Shown here: positions 20,069 to 29,496 of the stretch, piece after piece | How positions within the stretch are numbered: position 1 is the stretch's first letter | Layout of the letters: every line of letters starts with the position of its first letter | Source: Bacteroidales bacterium | GTDB taxonomy: Bacteria > Bacteroidota > Bacteroidia > Bacteroidales > UBA10428 | Assembly (NCBI GenBank): GCA_016934055.1 | Contig: JAFGTR010000124.1 | Coordinates: 2,988 to 66,987 of the forward strand | Direction of reading: 5' to 3' | DNA length: 64,000 bases | Notes under the pieces: model-generated | The model's database searches: none | What the model was told of the DNA's origin: nothing | What the model saw: only the letters and a program-made list of their open reading frames with translations | Translations under genes and position numbers: made by a program

Positions 20069-23000
20069 ATGAATAAATTGAGTTTATCCTTATTTGTTTA
20101 TTTTTTATTCCTGTCTGTACTTTTCCCCCCCTTACCCTTACATTCACAGGATGAAGACGCCAACCTTAAGGAAATTTTTCTTGAAGCAGAATCTTATTTC
20201 CTGTTTGAAGAATTCAAGGATGCGTTGCCTTTATATCAGCGTATTTTACATGCTGATCCCGAAAATTACAGTATCAATTACAAAATTGGTGTCTGTTACC
20301 TTAACGATCCGTATCAGAAACATAAATCAATACAGTATCTTGAAAAAGCTATTCAGGGAACCAGTCCTGATTATAAGCAAAACAATTTCAAAGAAAGAAA
20401 TGCCCCGCTTGAAGCCTTTTATTACCTTGGAAATGCCTATCGCATCAATAACCGTTTGAATGAAGCTGTTAAAGCCTACAACCATTTCAAACAAATACTC
20501 GACCCTGTTGTATATGATGAAGAACTTGTTAACACACAGATTAAAGCCTGTAAGATTGCAGAGGAATTTCAATCAAGGCCAAATCATTATATTGCAGATA
20601 ATCTGGGGGAACCTGTTAACGAACGTTACGCAGAAATAAATCCTGTCATCTCAGGCAATGAAAACGTCCTGATGTTTACACGGAAACTGCCCTTTTATGA
20701 TGCCGTTTTTTATGCTGAAAAAATAAACGGGAAATGGTCTGATCCGGTCAACCTGACGGCATTTTTTGCAGTTGACGGTAACAGTTATTGTACCGGATTA
20801 TCCTATGATGGCAGGGAAGCATTTATTTACAGGCTTGACGGATTTGATGGCAATTTGTACGTCAGCACTTTCGATGGTGAAAAATGGTCAAAACTTGTTA
20901 AGCTGAACAACAATATCAACACAAAATACTGGGAATCACACGCCTCCCTTTCCAATGACGGGAAAACACTTTACTTCACGAGTAACAGGAAGGAAGGCTA
21001 TGGCGGTCTTGATATTTACATATCTGAGCGAACACGGGGAGGAGACTGGGGCCCTGCTAAAAATCTCGGACCGGTTGTAAACTCAAAATATAACGAAGAA
21101 TCACCCTTCGTGTCAGAAGACGGAAAAACATTGTTTTTCAGTTCTCTCGGCCATTATAATATGGGAGGATATGATATCTTTTACAGTGACAGGCTTGACA
21201 ACGGACAATGGACCAAGCCGGTTAACCTGGGCTATCCACTTAACACCACCGGAGATGATATCTTTTTCTCCCCGGTAAAAAATGGTGAATATGCTTATTA
21301 TTCAACTTATGACGCGTCTGACAGTCATGGACTCACTGACATTTATAAAATGGAAGTATTCTATGACAAACATCCGCGTAAATTCATCCTGAACGGTATT
21401 GCCCGTATCGAAGATGAGCTTAAAGTTGATTACGGTAAAATTCTGGTTTCTCTTGTCGACCGGAATACAAACACCATGGTTGACCAGGTTGCAGTGAACC
21501 CAAATGGCTCATTTACGTTGAATGTAACCTCAGGTGATTTTGAGATGATATTCCAGGGTGAAGGTATTCAAAAGACATCAGAAAATATTTCAATTCCCGT
21601 GGATAATCCGTCCAATATTATTGCCTACACTTCTCCTTTAATTGCTCCGGGGCTTTTGTCTGAGAAAGAACCTGACCTCACTCCCAAACCGGTTGATGAG
21701 AAAGACCTTCCTACCCTTATCAGCAATTTTGATTCAATTGAGGTCATCACCGGTGAGGCTGTTCCCATAAAACTCGAACTGGAGCGTAACAGCAAACTTA
21801 CAATTGAGACCTATAATAACGGAATTCTCCGAAAGACAGAGGAATTTGATATCAACCGTAAACGGTTCATTTACCTGTTTACGCCGGAACCGGGAGAAAA
21901 CCTGTTGCAATTGACCCTGGCCGATGAACAGGGTAACATCAATTACCGGAAAATAAGGGTAAATTATATACCGGCTGCGGAAGAACTGGCCGAAAAACAA
22001 CAGGATATTTCACAGACAAAACCAGCTGACAGTTTTTATAAAAACCTTATCGGGCTTTCACGCGGTAACCTCAGAAAATTACTTGAAAGCACAAATCCTG
22101 ATTCTCCTGGTATGACTTCAGTCCATGACCTGTATAAATACCTTATAAGCCAGGCTGAAAACCATGGATACAGCATTGGTGAAGTTGACAGTCTTTTTGT
22201 TAAAATTTTATCCGGCAAAGACAGCGACATCTTCAGGGATGAATTGCATTTTATAGCCTCCGGCAACATAAAATCCACACTTGACACACTGGATATCAAA
22301 GCAGAAAATATTTATACCCCTGTCGATCTGCTCAACCTTTTGTACAATTCGGCTTCTGAAAATGTTTTTACCCGTTCAGACATGCGTCAACTGCTTACAG
22401 CCTCCATTTCTTCGGGGAATGATGATGTTTCACGATTCATCAGTATTCTTCGGGAATACAGCCATGACTCACTCAAACGCGTCTTAGGTCAGTTAGATGC
22501 TGCAAATTTGGGAATTCATCAGCCAAATGATCTTATTGAATATTTTGTTCAACAATATCCTTCACTCGCGGATTATCTTGATACTGCTCTCATGCACTCA
22601 GCTGCCAGCCTCGATCTTATGTTTTTGCACCAGAGTCTCATCTTTATATCAGAGGACAGTCTGAAGAACATGGTCAATAAGATAAGACCTGAAAAAGAAA
22701 ACATCAATACATCTGAAGCCCTGATCGGATATCTCTGGCAGAAATCTGCAACAAATGGTTATTCCAGGGAAGAATTAATCAATACAATCGACAAAATAAG
22801 AAAAGATCCTTACAGTGTTGTTGAAATGTTTCGTGATCTGCTCTCTTCCAGAGCCAGTGGCAGTCTTAAGACCGTAATTGATGAACTGGACATCAGGGCT
22901 ATGCATATTGACACCTTTGAAGATCTGCTTGATTATCTGATACGGCAATCTGATGCTCATGATTATAACAGAGAAACTGTATACAGTTTGCTGCTGGATA

Positions 23001-23365
23001 TCATAAATCCGCTAAGTCTTGATGATTTTCTTGCCTCTCTGAAAAAGCATGCCGGTGAGAACATTCTGAATGCATTATCTTTATTGGATGTTAATGTAAT
23101 CTCCACGCCTTTTGAAGTTATCCGTTATCTGCTCAGCGTTTCTGAGGAATATGGTTATACTGAACGCGATCTCCTTAATCTGTTGCTTAAACTTGCTCTC
23201 GAAAAAGGTCCTGCCGTTGCTGATGAAACAGTTAAAAGCAAAGGCATACTTCATGTATTCCGTAAACCCGGAATGGTCAGAAACCTGATTATTGTTAACA
23301 GCATCATAATCCTTATCATCATTTTCCTTGTATTCAGAAAAAAATCCAAAAAAGAAGAACGCTAA
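20069..23365 (+). CDS. TPR + PD40 (TolB-like) beta-propeller protein, paralog 1: two beta-sandwich regions, six helical repeats and a C-terminal TM anchor
   Basis: Signal peptide, then the TPR-like NYKIGVCYLN, YLEKA and NAPLEAFYYLGNAYRINNRLNEA. PD40-type repeats ESHASLSNDGKTLYFTSNRKEGYGGLDIY and EESPFVSEDGKTLFFSSLGHYNMGGYDIF. C-terminal hydrophobic helix LIIVNSIIILIIIFLVF followed by RKKSKKEER. Confidence 0.8.
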   Translation: MNKLSLSLFVYFLFLSVLFPPLPLHSQDEDANLKEIFLEAESYFLFEEFKDALPLYQRILHADPENYSINYKIGVCYLNDPYQKHKSIQYLEKAIQGTSPDYKQNNFKERNAPLEAFYYLGNAYRINNRLNEAVKAYNHFKQILDPVVYDEELVNTQIKACKIAEEFQSRPNHYIADNLGEPVNERYAEINPVISGNENVLMFTRKLPFYDAVFYAEKINGKWSDPVNLTAFFAVDGNSYCTGLSYDGREAFIYRLDGFDGNLYVSTFDGEKWSKLVKLNNNINTKYWESHASLSNDGKTLYFTSNRKEGYGGLDIYISERTRGGDWGPAKNLGPVVNSKYNEESPFVSEDGKTLFFSSLGHYNMGGYDIFYSDRLDNGQWTKPVNLGYPLNTTGDDIFFSPVKNGEYAYYSTYDASDSHGLTDIYKMEVFYDKHPRKFILNGIARIEDELKVDYGKILVSLVDRNTNTMVDQVAVNPNGSFTLNVTSGDFEMIFQGEGIQKTSENISIPVDNPSNIIAYTSPLIAPGLLSEKEPDLTPKPVDEKDLPTLISNFDSIEVITGEAVPIKLELERNSKLTIETYNNGILRKTEEFDINRKRFIYLFTPEPGENLLQLTLADEQGNINYRKIRVNYIPAAEELAEKQQDISQTKPADSFYKNLIGLSRGNLRKLLESTNPDSPGMTSVHDLYKYLISQAENHGYSIGEVDSLFVKILSGKDSDIFRDELHFIASGNIKSTLDTLDIKAENIYTPVDLLNLLYNSASENVFTRSDMRQLLTASISSGNDDVSRFISILREYSHDSLKRVLGQLDAANLGIHQPNDLIEYFVQQYPSLADYLDTALMHSAASLDLMFLHQSLIFISEDSLKNMVNKIRPEKENINTSEALIGYLWQKSATNGYSREELINTIDKIRKDPYSVVEMFRDLLSSRASGSLKTVIDELDIRAMHIDTFEDLLDYLIRQSDAHDYNRETVYSLLLDIINPLSLDDFLASLKKHAGENILNALSLLDVNVISTPFEVIRYLLSVSEEYGYTERDLLNLLLKLALEKGPAVADETVKSKGILHVFRKPGMVRNLIIVNSIIILIIIFLVFRKKSKKEER

Positions 23366-23373
23366 GCAAAGTC

Positions 23374-25377
23374 ATGATCCCCCGCCTGCCTTTAAAAATA
23401 AAAATCCTGCCTGTTTTCCTTTCTCTGGTTATGCAGGCAAGTACTCAGATCATCATACCTACTCATGCTGATTTGTACACCGAAGCAGAGGAATATATGC
23501 TTGCGGGAGAATACAAGGAAGCCCTTCCTTTATATCTGGATCTTTATGATAAGGGTTATGCTACCGCTAATCTTAATTTTAAAATCGGGGAGTGTTATCT
23601 TAACCTGCCCGGACAAAAAGATAAAGCTGTACCATACCTTGAAAAAGCATGCTCAAAAATATCTGCTGCATACACAGGAACAGATCTTAATGAAGAAAAT
23701 GCCCCCCTGGTTGCTTATCTTTATCTCGGAATAGCTTATCGCCTCGGTTATGATTTTAATAAGGCCGGAGAATCATTTATGACCATGCTCTCAAAAGTTG
23801 ACACTGCTGATCATCAAACGCGTATCCTGCTGGAATATCATATTAACCGCTGTCATAATGCTGAGGAGCTGATTCATTCACCTGCCATTGTAAACCGCAA
23901 AGTTTTACCCGGAAACATCAACACGGCCTATTCAAATTCCAATGCCCTGGTGCTGGCCGACGAAAAGACCATGTTTTATATGAATGAGTTAAAGTTTTAT
24001 GATGCTGTGATGCAAGCCGTAAAAACAGGTGAAGGCTGGCAGGAACCGACAAACATAACCCCTATGATCAAATCAGACGGAGATCATTTTATTACCGGCA
24101 TTTCGGCTGATGGGACCACACTGTTTCTAACTTTTTATGATCCTTACAACAGCGGTGAGATTTTCTCAAGCCATCTTGTCAACGATAAATGGACACCTGT
24201 CACAAAGCTCAATAATAATATCAACACCGTTTTCAATGAAACACATGCCAGTCTTTCAGCCGATGGAAAAACACTGTATTTCACAAGCGACCGTAAAGGA
24301 GGTTATGGAGGACTTGATCTTTATAAATCTGAGTTTATACAGGATGAATGGGGTCCTGCTAAAAATCTCGGACCGGCGATTAACACCATTTTTGATGAAG
24401 AGACACCTTTTCTGACACCTGACGGTAAAAAGCTTTTTTTTAGTTCCCAGGGCCATTATAACATGGGAGGTTTTGATATTTTCTGCAGCGAAAATAATCA
24501 TGGCAACTGGTTGCCCCCGGCAAATATTGGTTTTCCGGTTAACACCACCGATGATGACCTTTTCTTTTATCCTGTCGATACCGGATCGGTAGCCTACATG
24601 GCTTTGAGAGACAAAGGCGCCGGGGAATCAGACATCTACAGGTTTGAGCTGAGTCAATTTGCCAATCCTTCGCGTTATAAACTTATGGGGCAGGTGACCC
24701 CTGATTCAGGTGAAAGTAAAGATATTGACAAAATAAAGGTTGTCTTTATTGAAAAAGAGAACATGGACACCATTGCATCTCAGCATCTTGATAAAGAAGG
24801 GAAATTCAACCAAAAGCTGACCTGTGGAAATTTTGATCTTTTTTTTACAAACAACGAGGGAGATCTTATTGACAGAAAAGAATTGGCCATACCGCCTAAT
24901 TTCCCGCAGGATCAACTTGTTTTTAACACACAGATATCATTGCCGGTAAAGGTTAAAGCTGATACTTTCCGGCTTGAAAACATATTATTTGCTTTTGATA
25001 ACAGCACTATTCCACCTCAATCAGAAAAATATCTAAATTCATTGATTGATATGATGTTACGCTATCCTGACACAAGGCTGGAGGTAACAGGATTCACAGA
25101 TGCAATCGGCAAACAAGACTATAACATGAAACTATCCTACCGCCGTGCCATGTCAGTAACTGATTTCATCATCAGGCAGAATATCAATCCATCCCGTGTC
25201 ATCACCAAAGGTCTGGGAGAGTCAAGGCCGGTAGCATTGAATTGCAATGCCGACGGCACTGATAATCCTGAAGGCAGAAAATTCAACAGACGGGCAGAAA
25301 TAGAAATTTTCATGCTTCCTGACCATTGGGTACTGATAAAAAAAGATGAAGTGCCTGATTATTTAAAAAGTAAATGA
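23374..25377 (+). CDS. TPR + PD40 beta-propeller + OmpA-like peptidoglycan-binding protein, paralog 2
   Basis: Same N-terminal module as paralog 1: NFKIGECYLN, PYLEKA, ETHASLSADGKTLYFTSDRKGGYGGLDLY, EETPFLTPDGKKLFFSSQGHYNMGGFDIF. C-terminal OmpA_C motifs are ILFAFDNSTI, VTGFTDAIGKQDYNMKLSYRRA, GLGESRPV and NRRAEIEI. Starts 8 nt after paralog 1. Confidence 0.85.
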   Translation: MIPRLPLKIKILPVFLSLVMQASTQIIIPTHADLYTEAEEYMLAGEYKEALPLYLDLYDKGYATANLNFKIGECYLNLPGQKDKAVPYLEKACSKISAAYTGTDLNEENAPLVAYLYLGIAYRLGYDFNKAGESFMTMLSKVDTADHQTRILLEYHINRCHNAEELIHSPAIVNRKVLPGNINTAYSNSNALVLADEKTMFYMNELKFYDAVMQAVKTGEGWQEPTNITPMIKSDGDHFITGISADGTTLFLTFYDPYNSGEIFSSHLVNDKWTPVTKLNNNINTVFNETHASLSADGKTLYFTSDRKGGYGGLDLYKSEFIQDEWGPAKNLGPAINTIFDEETPFLTPDGKKLFFSSQGHYNMGGFDIFCSENNHGNWLPPANIGFPVNTTDDDLFFYPVDTGSVAYMALRDKGAGESDIYRFELSQFANPSRYKLMGQVTPDSGESKDIDKIKVVFIEKENMDTIASQHLDKEGKFNQKLTCGNFDLFFTNNEGDLIDRKELAIPPNFPQDQLVFNTQISLPVKVKADTFRLENILFAFDNSTIPPQSEKYLNSLIDMMLRYPDTRLEVTGFTDAIGKQDYNMKLSYRRAMSVTDFIIRQNINPSRVITKGLGESRPVALNCNADGTDNPEGRKFNRRAEIEIFMLPDHWVLIKKDEVPDYLKSK

Positions 25378-25507
25378 AGTTCATAAACTGTATATTATTT
25401 TTAAAAATCAGTATTGAATTAAGGAGAGGCCTTTTAATAATTGAAAAAGAATTGTTGGCAAAGCAAGATTTTAATTGTTAAATTTGTTTAGACAAAAACC
25501 CTTCCTC

Positions 25508-27508
25508 ATGAAAAAACTAATACTCATTTCTATAATTCTGTTGACCGCTTTTTGTATAACGGGGCAACCCATGAGCAAGACCGAATTAAAGGAATACTTC
25601 CTCGATGCAGAATTCTTTTTTGCCCAGGAAGAATATACAGATGCTTTATATGATTATATGGAGCTCTATAATAACGGTTATAATGAAAATGCCAATATCA
25701 ATTACCGTATTGGCGTATGTTATCTTAACATAACCGGACAAAAAGAAAAGTCCATTCCCTTTCTCAACTATGCAGTGCAGAATACCACACGAAGATACAG
25801 GAACGGTTCTTTCAAAGAGACCCGTGCACCCCTTGACGCCTGGTTATTTCTGGGAAATGCTTACAGGATTAATAATCAACTTGACAAGGCCATTGAAATC
25901 TATAACAAGTATAAGAGCATTGCAAAATCTACCGATGAAATCAATTATGCCGATCAGCAAATAAAAGCCTGCCAGGTTGCCAAAACATTTATGGCTGATC
26001 CATTACCGGTTCGCAGAACGAATCTGGGATCGCCAGTCAATACAAATTCTTCGAATTTCAAAGCTGTGGTGTCCGGAGACGGCAAAACCCTTGTTTATAT
26101 GAATGAACTCCCGTTTTACGATGCTGTATATTACTCCACTTATCAAAACAATAACTGGACTGAACCCGTCAACATCACACCGCAATTGCAATCTGATGGC
26201 GATCAATATGTAAGTTCCATTTCATACGACGGAAAAACACTGTATCTCACCCGGGAGGGTAATTTTGACAGCGATATACTGATCAGCCGGTATGAAAACG
26301 GAAAATGGACAAAATCGGTTCTTCTCGGCGGAAATATAAATACCAAATACTGGGAATCACATGCTTCAGTGTCAAAGGATGGCAATACACTTTATTTTAC
26401 CAGCAACCGTAAGGGAGGACCAGGGTCCATGGATATTTTTAAGGCCAAACGTGATGCTTCGGGTGCATGGAGCGAGCCTGTTCCCCTGGATGAAAAAGTC
26501 AATACATTGCTGAATGAAGATACGCCCTTTATAACCGATAGCGACAGTCTATTATTTTTCAGTTCTCAGGGACATGTTACCATGGGAGGATATGATATTC
26601 AAATGGTAAGACTGACACCTTCCGGCACCTGGTCTGAACCGGAAAATCTGAGATATCCCATCAATACCACCGATGATGATCTTTTTTATTATCCCTGGCA
26701 TAATGGTAAAATAGGCTATGTTTCAATTTATGACAAGGATGGTGCCGGTAAAGAGGATATTTATGCCATTCAGCCTGAAACCGCAAAGGCTTATGACCTG
26801 GTGCTGGCTGACCTAATTAAAGAAGAGATGTCAGAAGTCAAACCCGAATTCGTCACAACTCCCCGGGAAGAACCGGACGTAGAAGTCTCTGAAGAAACTG
26901 ACGTGGAAGAAAAACCGGCTGAAACACTGGCCCCGCAACAAGTTGAAACAATTGAAGAACAACCTGCCGAAGAAGCTGAACCGGTTGTTGAAAAAGAAAT
27001 CCTGGCACAGGAAGGTGTTGAAACTATTGAAGAACAGCCTGCTGAAGAAGCTGAACCTGTTGTGGCCGAAACAAAAACCATGGTTGAAGAATTGTTTCTT
27101 AATCCGGTATACTTTGCCTTTGATAAGTATTCTTTATCTGAAACAGGTAAGAATGAACTTAAAAAACTGGCAGAAGTCATGAAAAATCGCCCGGCATCCA
27201 CCCTTAAACTTGTTGGTTATGCCGATGCCGTAGGTCCTGCTCCATATAACCTAACCCTTTCTGAAAAACGCGCTGTCACAGCCATGAAATTCCTTGTAAG
27301 CCTGGGTATCGAAGCCAGTCGCCTTTCTGCTGTCGGACTGGGTGAAACAAATTTTGCCGCCATCAACAAAAATCCTAACGGCACCGATAATCCTGAAGGA
27401 CGAAGGCTTAACCGCAGGGTTGAATTCGAAATATTGGGCATCGGTTCTGATGAGTTGTTGATTAAAAGACCGGTTATACCGGAAAAACTAAGGTATAAAG
27501 AAAACTAA
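25508..27508 (+). CDS. TPR + PD40 beta-propeller + acidic repeat linker + OmpA-like protein, paralog 3
   Basis: The track ORF starts at TTG 25475. The ATG at 25508 gives signal peptide MKKLILISIILLTAF. Shared module: NYRIGVCYLN, APLDAWLFLGNAYRINNQLDKA, ESHASVSKDGNTLYFTSNRKGGPGSMDIF. OmpA_C: VYFAFDKYSL, LVGYADAVGPAPYNLTLSEKRA, GLGETNF, NRRVEFEI. Confidence 0.85.
   Translation: MKKLILISIILLTAFCITGQPMSKTELKEYFLDAEFFFAQEEYTDALYDYMELYNNGYNENANINYRIGVCYLNITGQKEKSIPFLNYAVQNTTRRYRNGSFKETRAPLDAWLFLGNAYRINNQLDKAIEIYNKYKSIAKSTDEINYADQQIKACQVAKTFMADPLPVRRTNLGSPVNTNSSNFKAVVSGDGKTLVYMNELPFYDAVYYSTYQNNNWTEPVNITPQLQSDGDQYVSSISYDGKTLYLTREGNFDSDILISRYENGKWTKSVLLGGNINTKYWESHASVSKDGNTLYFTSNRKGGPGSMDIFKAKRDASGAWSEPVPLDEKVNTLLNEDTPFITDSDSLLFFSSQGHVTMGGYDIQMVRLTPSGTWSEPENLRYPINTTDDDLFYYPWHNGKIGYVSIYDKDGAGKEDIYAIQPETAKAYDLVLADLIKEEMSEVKPEFVTTPREEPDVEVSEETDVEEKPAETLAPQQVETIEEQPAEEAEPVVEKEILAQEGVETIEEQPAEEAEPVVAETKTMVEELFLNPVYFAFDKYSLSETGKNELKKLAEVMKNRPASTLKLVGYADAVGPAPYNLTLSEKRAVTAMKFLVSLGIEASRLSAVGLGETNFAAINKNPNGTDNPEGRRLNRRVEFEILGIGSDELLIKRPVIPEKLRYKEN
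26942..27064 (+). repeat. 75-nt in-frame tandem duplication in the acidic linker of paralog 3
   Basis: GTTGAAAC(A/T)ATTGAAGAACA(A/G)CCTGC(C/T)GAAGAAGCTGAACC(G/T)GTTGT occurs at 26942 and again at 27017. It encodes VETIEEQPAEEAEPVV twice. The copies differ only at synonymous positions. Confidence 0.85.
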
Positions 27509-27587
27509 CAACTGTTGTCTTATCAATATGTGTGATTGTCGGTTTTCATTTTGTTTCACAGTCTGACATGTCTCAAAATCAAATAAT

Positions 27588-28883
27588 ATGCGACAAATTC
27601 TCACCCTGGCCTGCTTCCTGTTTTTTATTGCTTCAGCTGTTTCCCAAACCAGTGAGGAAATAAAGGAGCATTTTGATGAAGCAGAATACTTTTTTAACCG
27701 CAAAGATTTTGAAGAAGCCGCCTATTATTATAAAAAGGTTCTGGCTCAATATCCTGACAACGCAAATTTTAATTTTAAGCTGGGAGAATGCTATCTGAAC
27801 ATCCCCGGAGCAGAGTCACAGGCCGTCCCTTATCTGGAAAAAGCTGTTGAAAGAACAATAGAGAAAAACAAGTATAAATCAAAATCATTTGAAGAAAAAA
27901 ATGCGCCTTTACATGCCTATTTTTACCTTGGTAACGCATACAGGATCAACAATCAGCTCGATAAAGCACTTACAGCATATAACACTTTCATCAATTCTCC
28001 TTATTACTATGGAAACTATAATGAAACCATTGTCGAGAATGAGATAAAAGCCTGTGAGCGTGCAAAGATCATCCAGGACAGCCCTGTTAACCTTACCGAG
28101 GAATTGCTGCCCGAACCGGTAAACAGTGATGCGTCTGAAATTCGACCGGTTGTTTCGGGAAACGAAAAAACCATCGTTTTTATCAGAAAACTTAAATTTT
28201 ATGATGCAATCCTGTTATGCAAAAAAGAAGGCGAAGAATGGAGCCAGCCTCTTAACCTCAACCCACTGGTTGGCTCAGACGGCGATTTTTATCCGGCTTT
28301 CCTGTCTCATGATGGCAAAGAACTCTATCTGATCAGAAACTTTTCAGAAAATGGTGACCTGTATGTCAGTTTCTTCAGGGAAAATACATGGACTAAAGCA
28401 GAAAAACTGCAGGGCCCTGTTAATACCAATGCCAATGAAGCATCTGCCTGCCTTTCAGAAGACGGACAATGGCTGTATTTCTCAAGTGACCGCATGGGCG
28501 GGAAAGGTGGGCTTGACATCTATGTTGCAAAACGAAAAGCAAAAAACGAGTGGGTAAAAATAAAAAATCTTGGAAAAACCATTAATTCGGAATTCGATGA
28601 AGACAGTCCATGCCTGACCAACCAGGGTAAAACATTATATTTCTGCTCGAAGGGCCATTACAGCATGGGCGGATTTGATCTTTTCTATGCCAACAAAGAG
28701 GGTAAGAAATGGTCAACTCCGGTTAATGCGGGTTATCCTGTTAATACCACGGCTGATAATAATAATATGACAGTTATGCAGGGAGGAAAGATCATTTATC
28801 TCTCAAAGATCGATACAACAGGCAGCGAGAACGAAAACCTGTATAAATTAAAGATCTTGTCCTACCTGCCCCTTCCCCGATAA
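27588..28883 (+). CDS. TPR + PD40 beta-propeller protein, paralog 4 (core module only, no anchoring domain)
   Basis: Signal peptide MRQILTLACFLFFIASAVSQ. Shared motifs: NFKLGECYLN, PYLEKA, NAPLHAYFYLGNAYRINNQLDKA, SACLSEDGQWLYFSSDRMGGKGGLDIY, EDSPCLTNQGKTLYFCSKGHYSMGGFDLF. The protein ends right after the propeller. Confidence 0.8.
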   Translation: MRQILTLACFLFFIASAVSQTSEEIKEHFDEAEYFFNRKDFEEAAYYYKKVLAQYPDNANFNFKLGECYLNIPGAESQAVPYLEKAVERTIEKNKYKSKSFEEKNAPLHAYFYLGNAYRINNQLDKALTAYNTFINSPYYYGNYNETIVENEIKACERAKIIQDSPVNLTEELLPEPVNSDASEIRPVVSGNEKTIVFIRKLKFYDAILLCKKEGEEWSQPLNLNPLVGSDGDFYPAFLSHDGKELYLIRNFSENGDLYVSFFRENTWTKAEKLQGPVNTNANEASACLSEDGQWLYFSSDRMGGKGGLDIYVAKRKAKNEWVKIKNLGKTINSEFDEDSPCLTNQGKTLYFCSKGHYSMGGFDLFYANKEGKKWSTPVNAGYPVNTTADNNNMTVMQGGKIIYLSKIDTTGSENENLYKLKILSYLPLPR

Positions 28884-28932
28884 TACCTTAAGCTATACTG
28901 AAAACAATACAAAAACTAAATCAACGCAACCG

Positions 28933-29496
28933 GTGCCCGATATAAATAAAATATATCCATCCATAAGTCTTAGGGCTTTGGAACCTGAAGACGTTGAAGT
29001 ATTGTTCCGATGGGAAAATGATCCTGAAATATGGAAGGTCAGTAATACCATTGCGCCTTTTTCACGGTATACACTGGAAAAATATATCGAAAATTCCCAT
29101 CTTGATATCTACCAGGTAAAACAATTAAGAATGATGATCGATGTTAAAGAATCGGCCAGGAAAAAAATACGACCTGTCGGAACCATAGATCTTTTTGATT
29201 TCGATGCGTTTCACAACCGCGCGGGCATAGGCATTTTAATAGGAGATAAATCTGACAGGAAAAAGGGTTATGCTTCTGAAGCCCTTGCACAATTCATCCG
29301 GTATACTTTCGATACGCTTCAATTGCATCAGCTTTATTGCAATATCGCAACTGATAATCATGAGAGCATAGGACTCTTTACCAGGAACGGTTTTATTATC
29401 TGCGGAGAAAAAAAAGACTGGCTCAAAACATTTAATGGATATAAAAATGAATATATCCTTCAACTCATTAATTCTTCTGATGCATTATACAGGTAA
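28933..29496 (+). CDS. GNAT family N-acetyltransferase (RimJ/RimL-like)
   Basis: 187-aa ORF with a GTG start. LRALEPEDVEVLFRWENDPE is an N-terminus typical of the Acetyltransf_3 type. The GIGILIGDKSDRKKGYASEAL region looks like the acetyl-CoA binding site. Confidence 0.7.
   Translation: MPDINKIYPSISLRALEPEDVEVLFRWENDPEIWKVSNTIAPFSRYTLEKYIENSHLDIYQVKQLRMMIDVKESARKKIRPVGTIDLFDFDAFHNRAGIGILIGDKSDRKKGYASEALAQFIRYTFDTLQLHQLYCNIATDNHESIGLFTRNGFIICGEKKDWLKTFNGYKNEYILQLINSSDALYR

Noticed and set aside
26791-27201. 136-aa minus-strand ORF (Ser/Thr/Ala-rich) antisense to the acidic linker of paralog 3. Similar long antisense or off-frame ORFs lie at 1375-1641, 6203-6586, 7028-7453, 44037-44459, 52358-52702, 53435-53779 and 58504-58836.
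   Set aside because: All lie fully inside well-supported conserved genes. They have low-complexity or compositionally mirrored sequences and no independent start context. They are treated as shadow ORFs.
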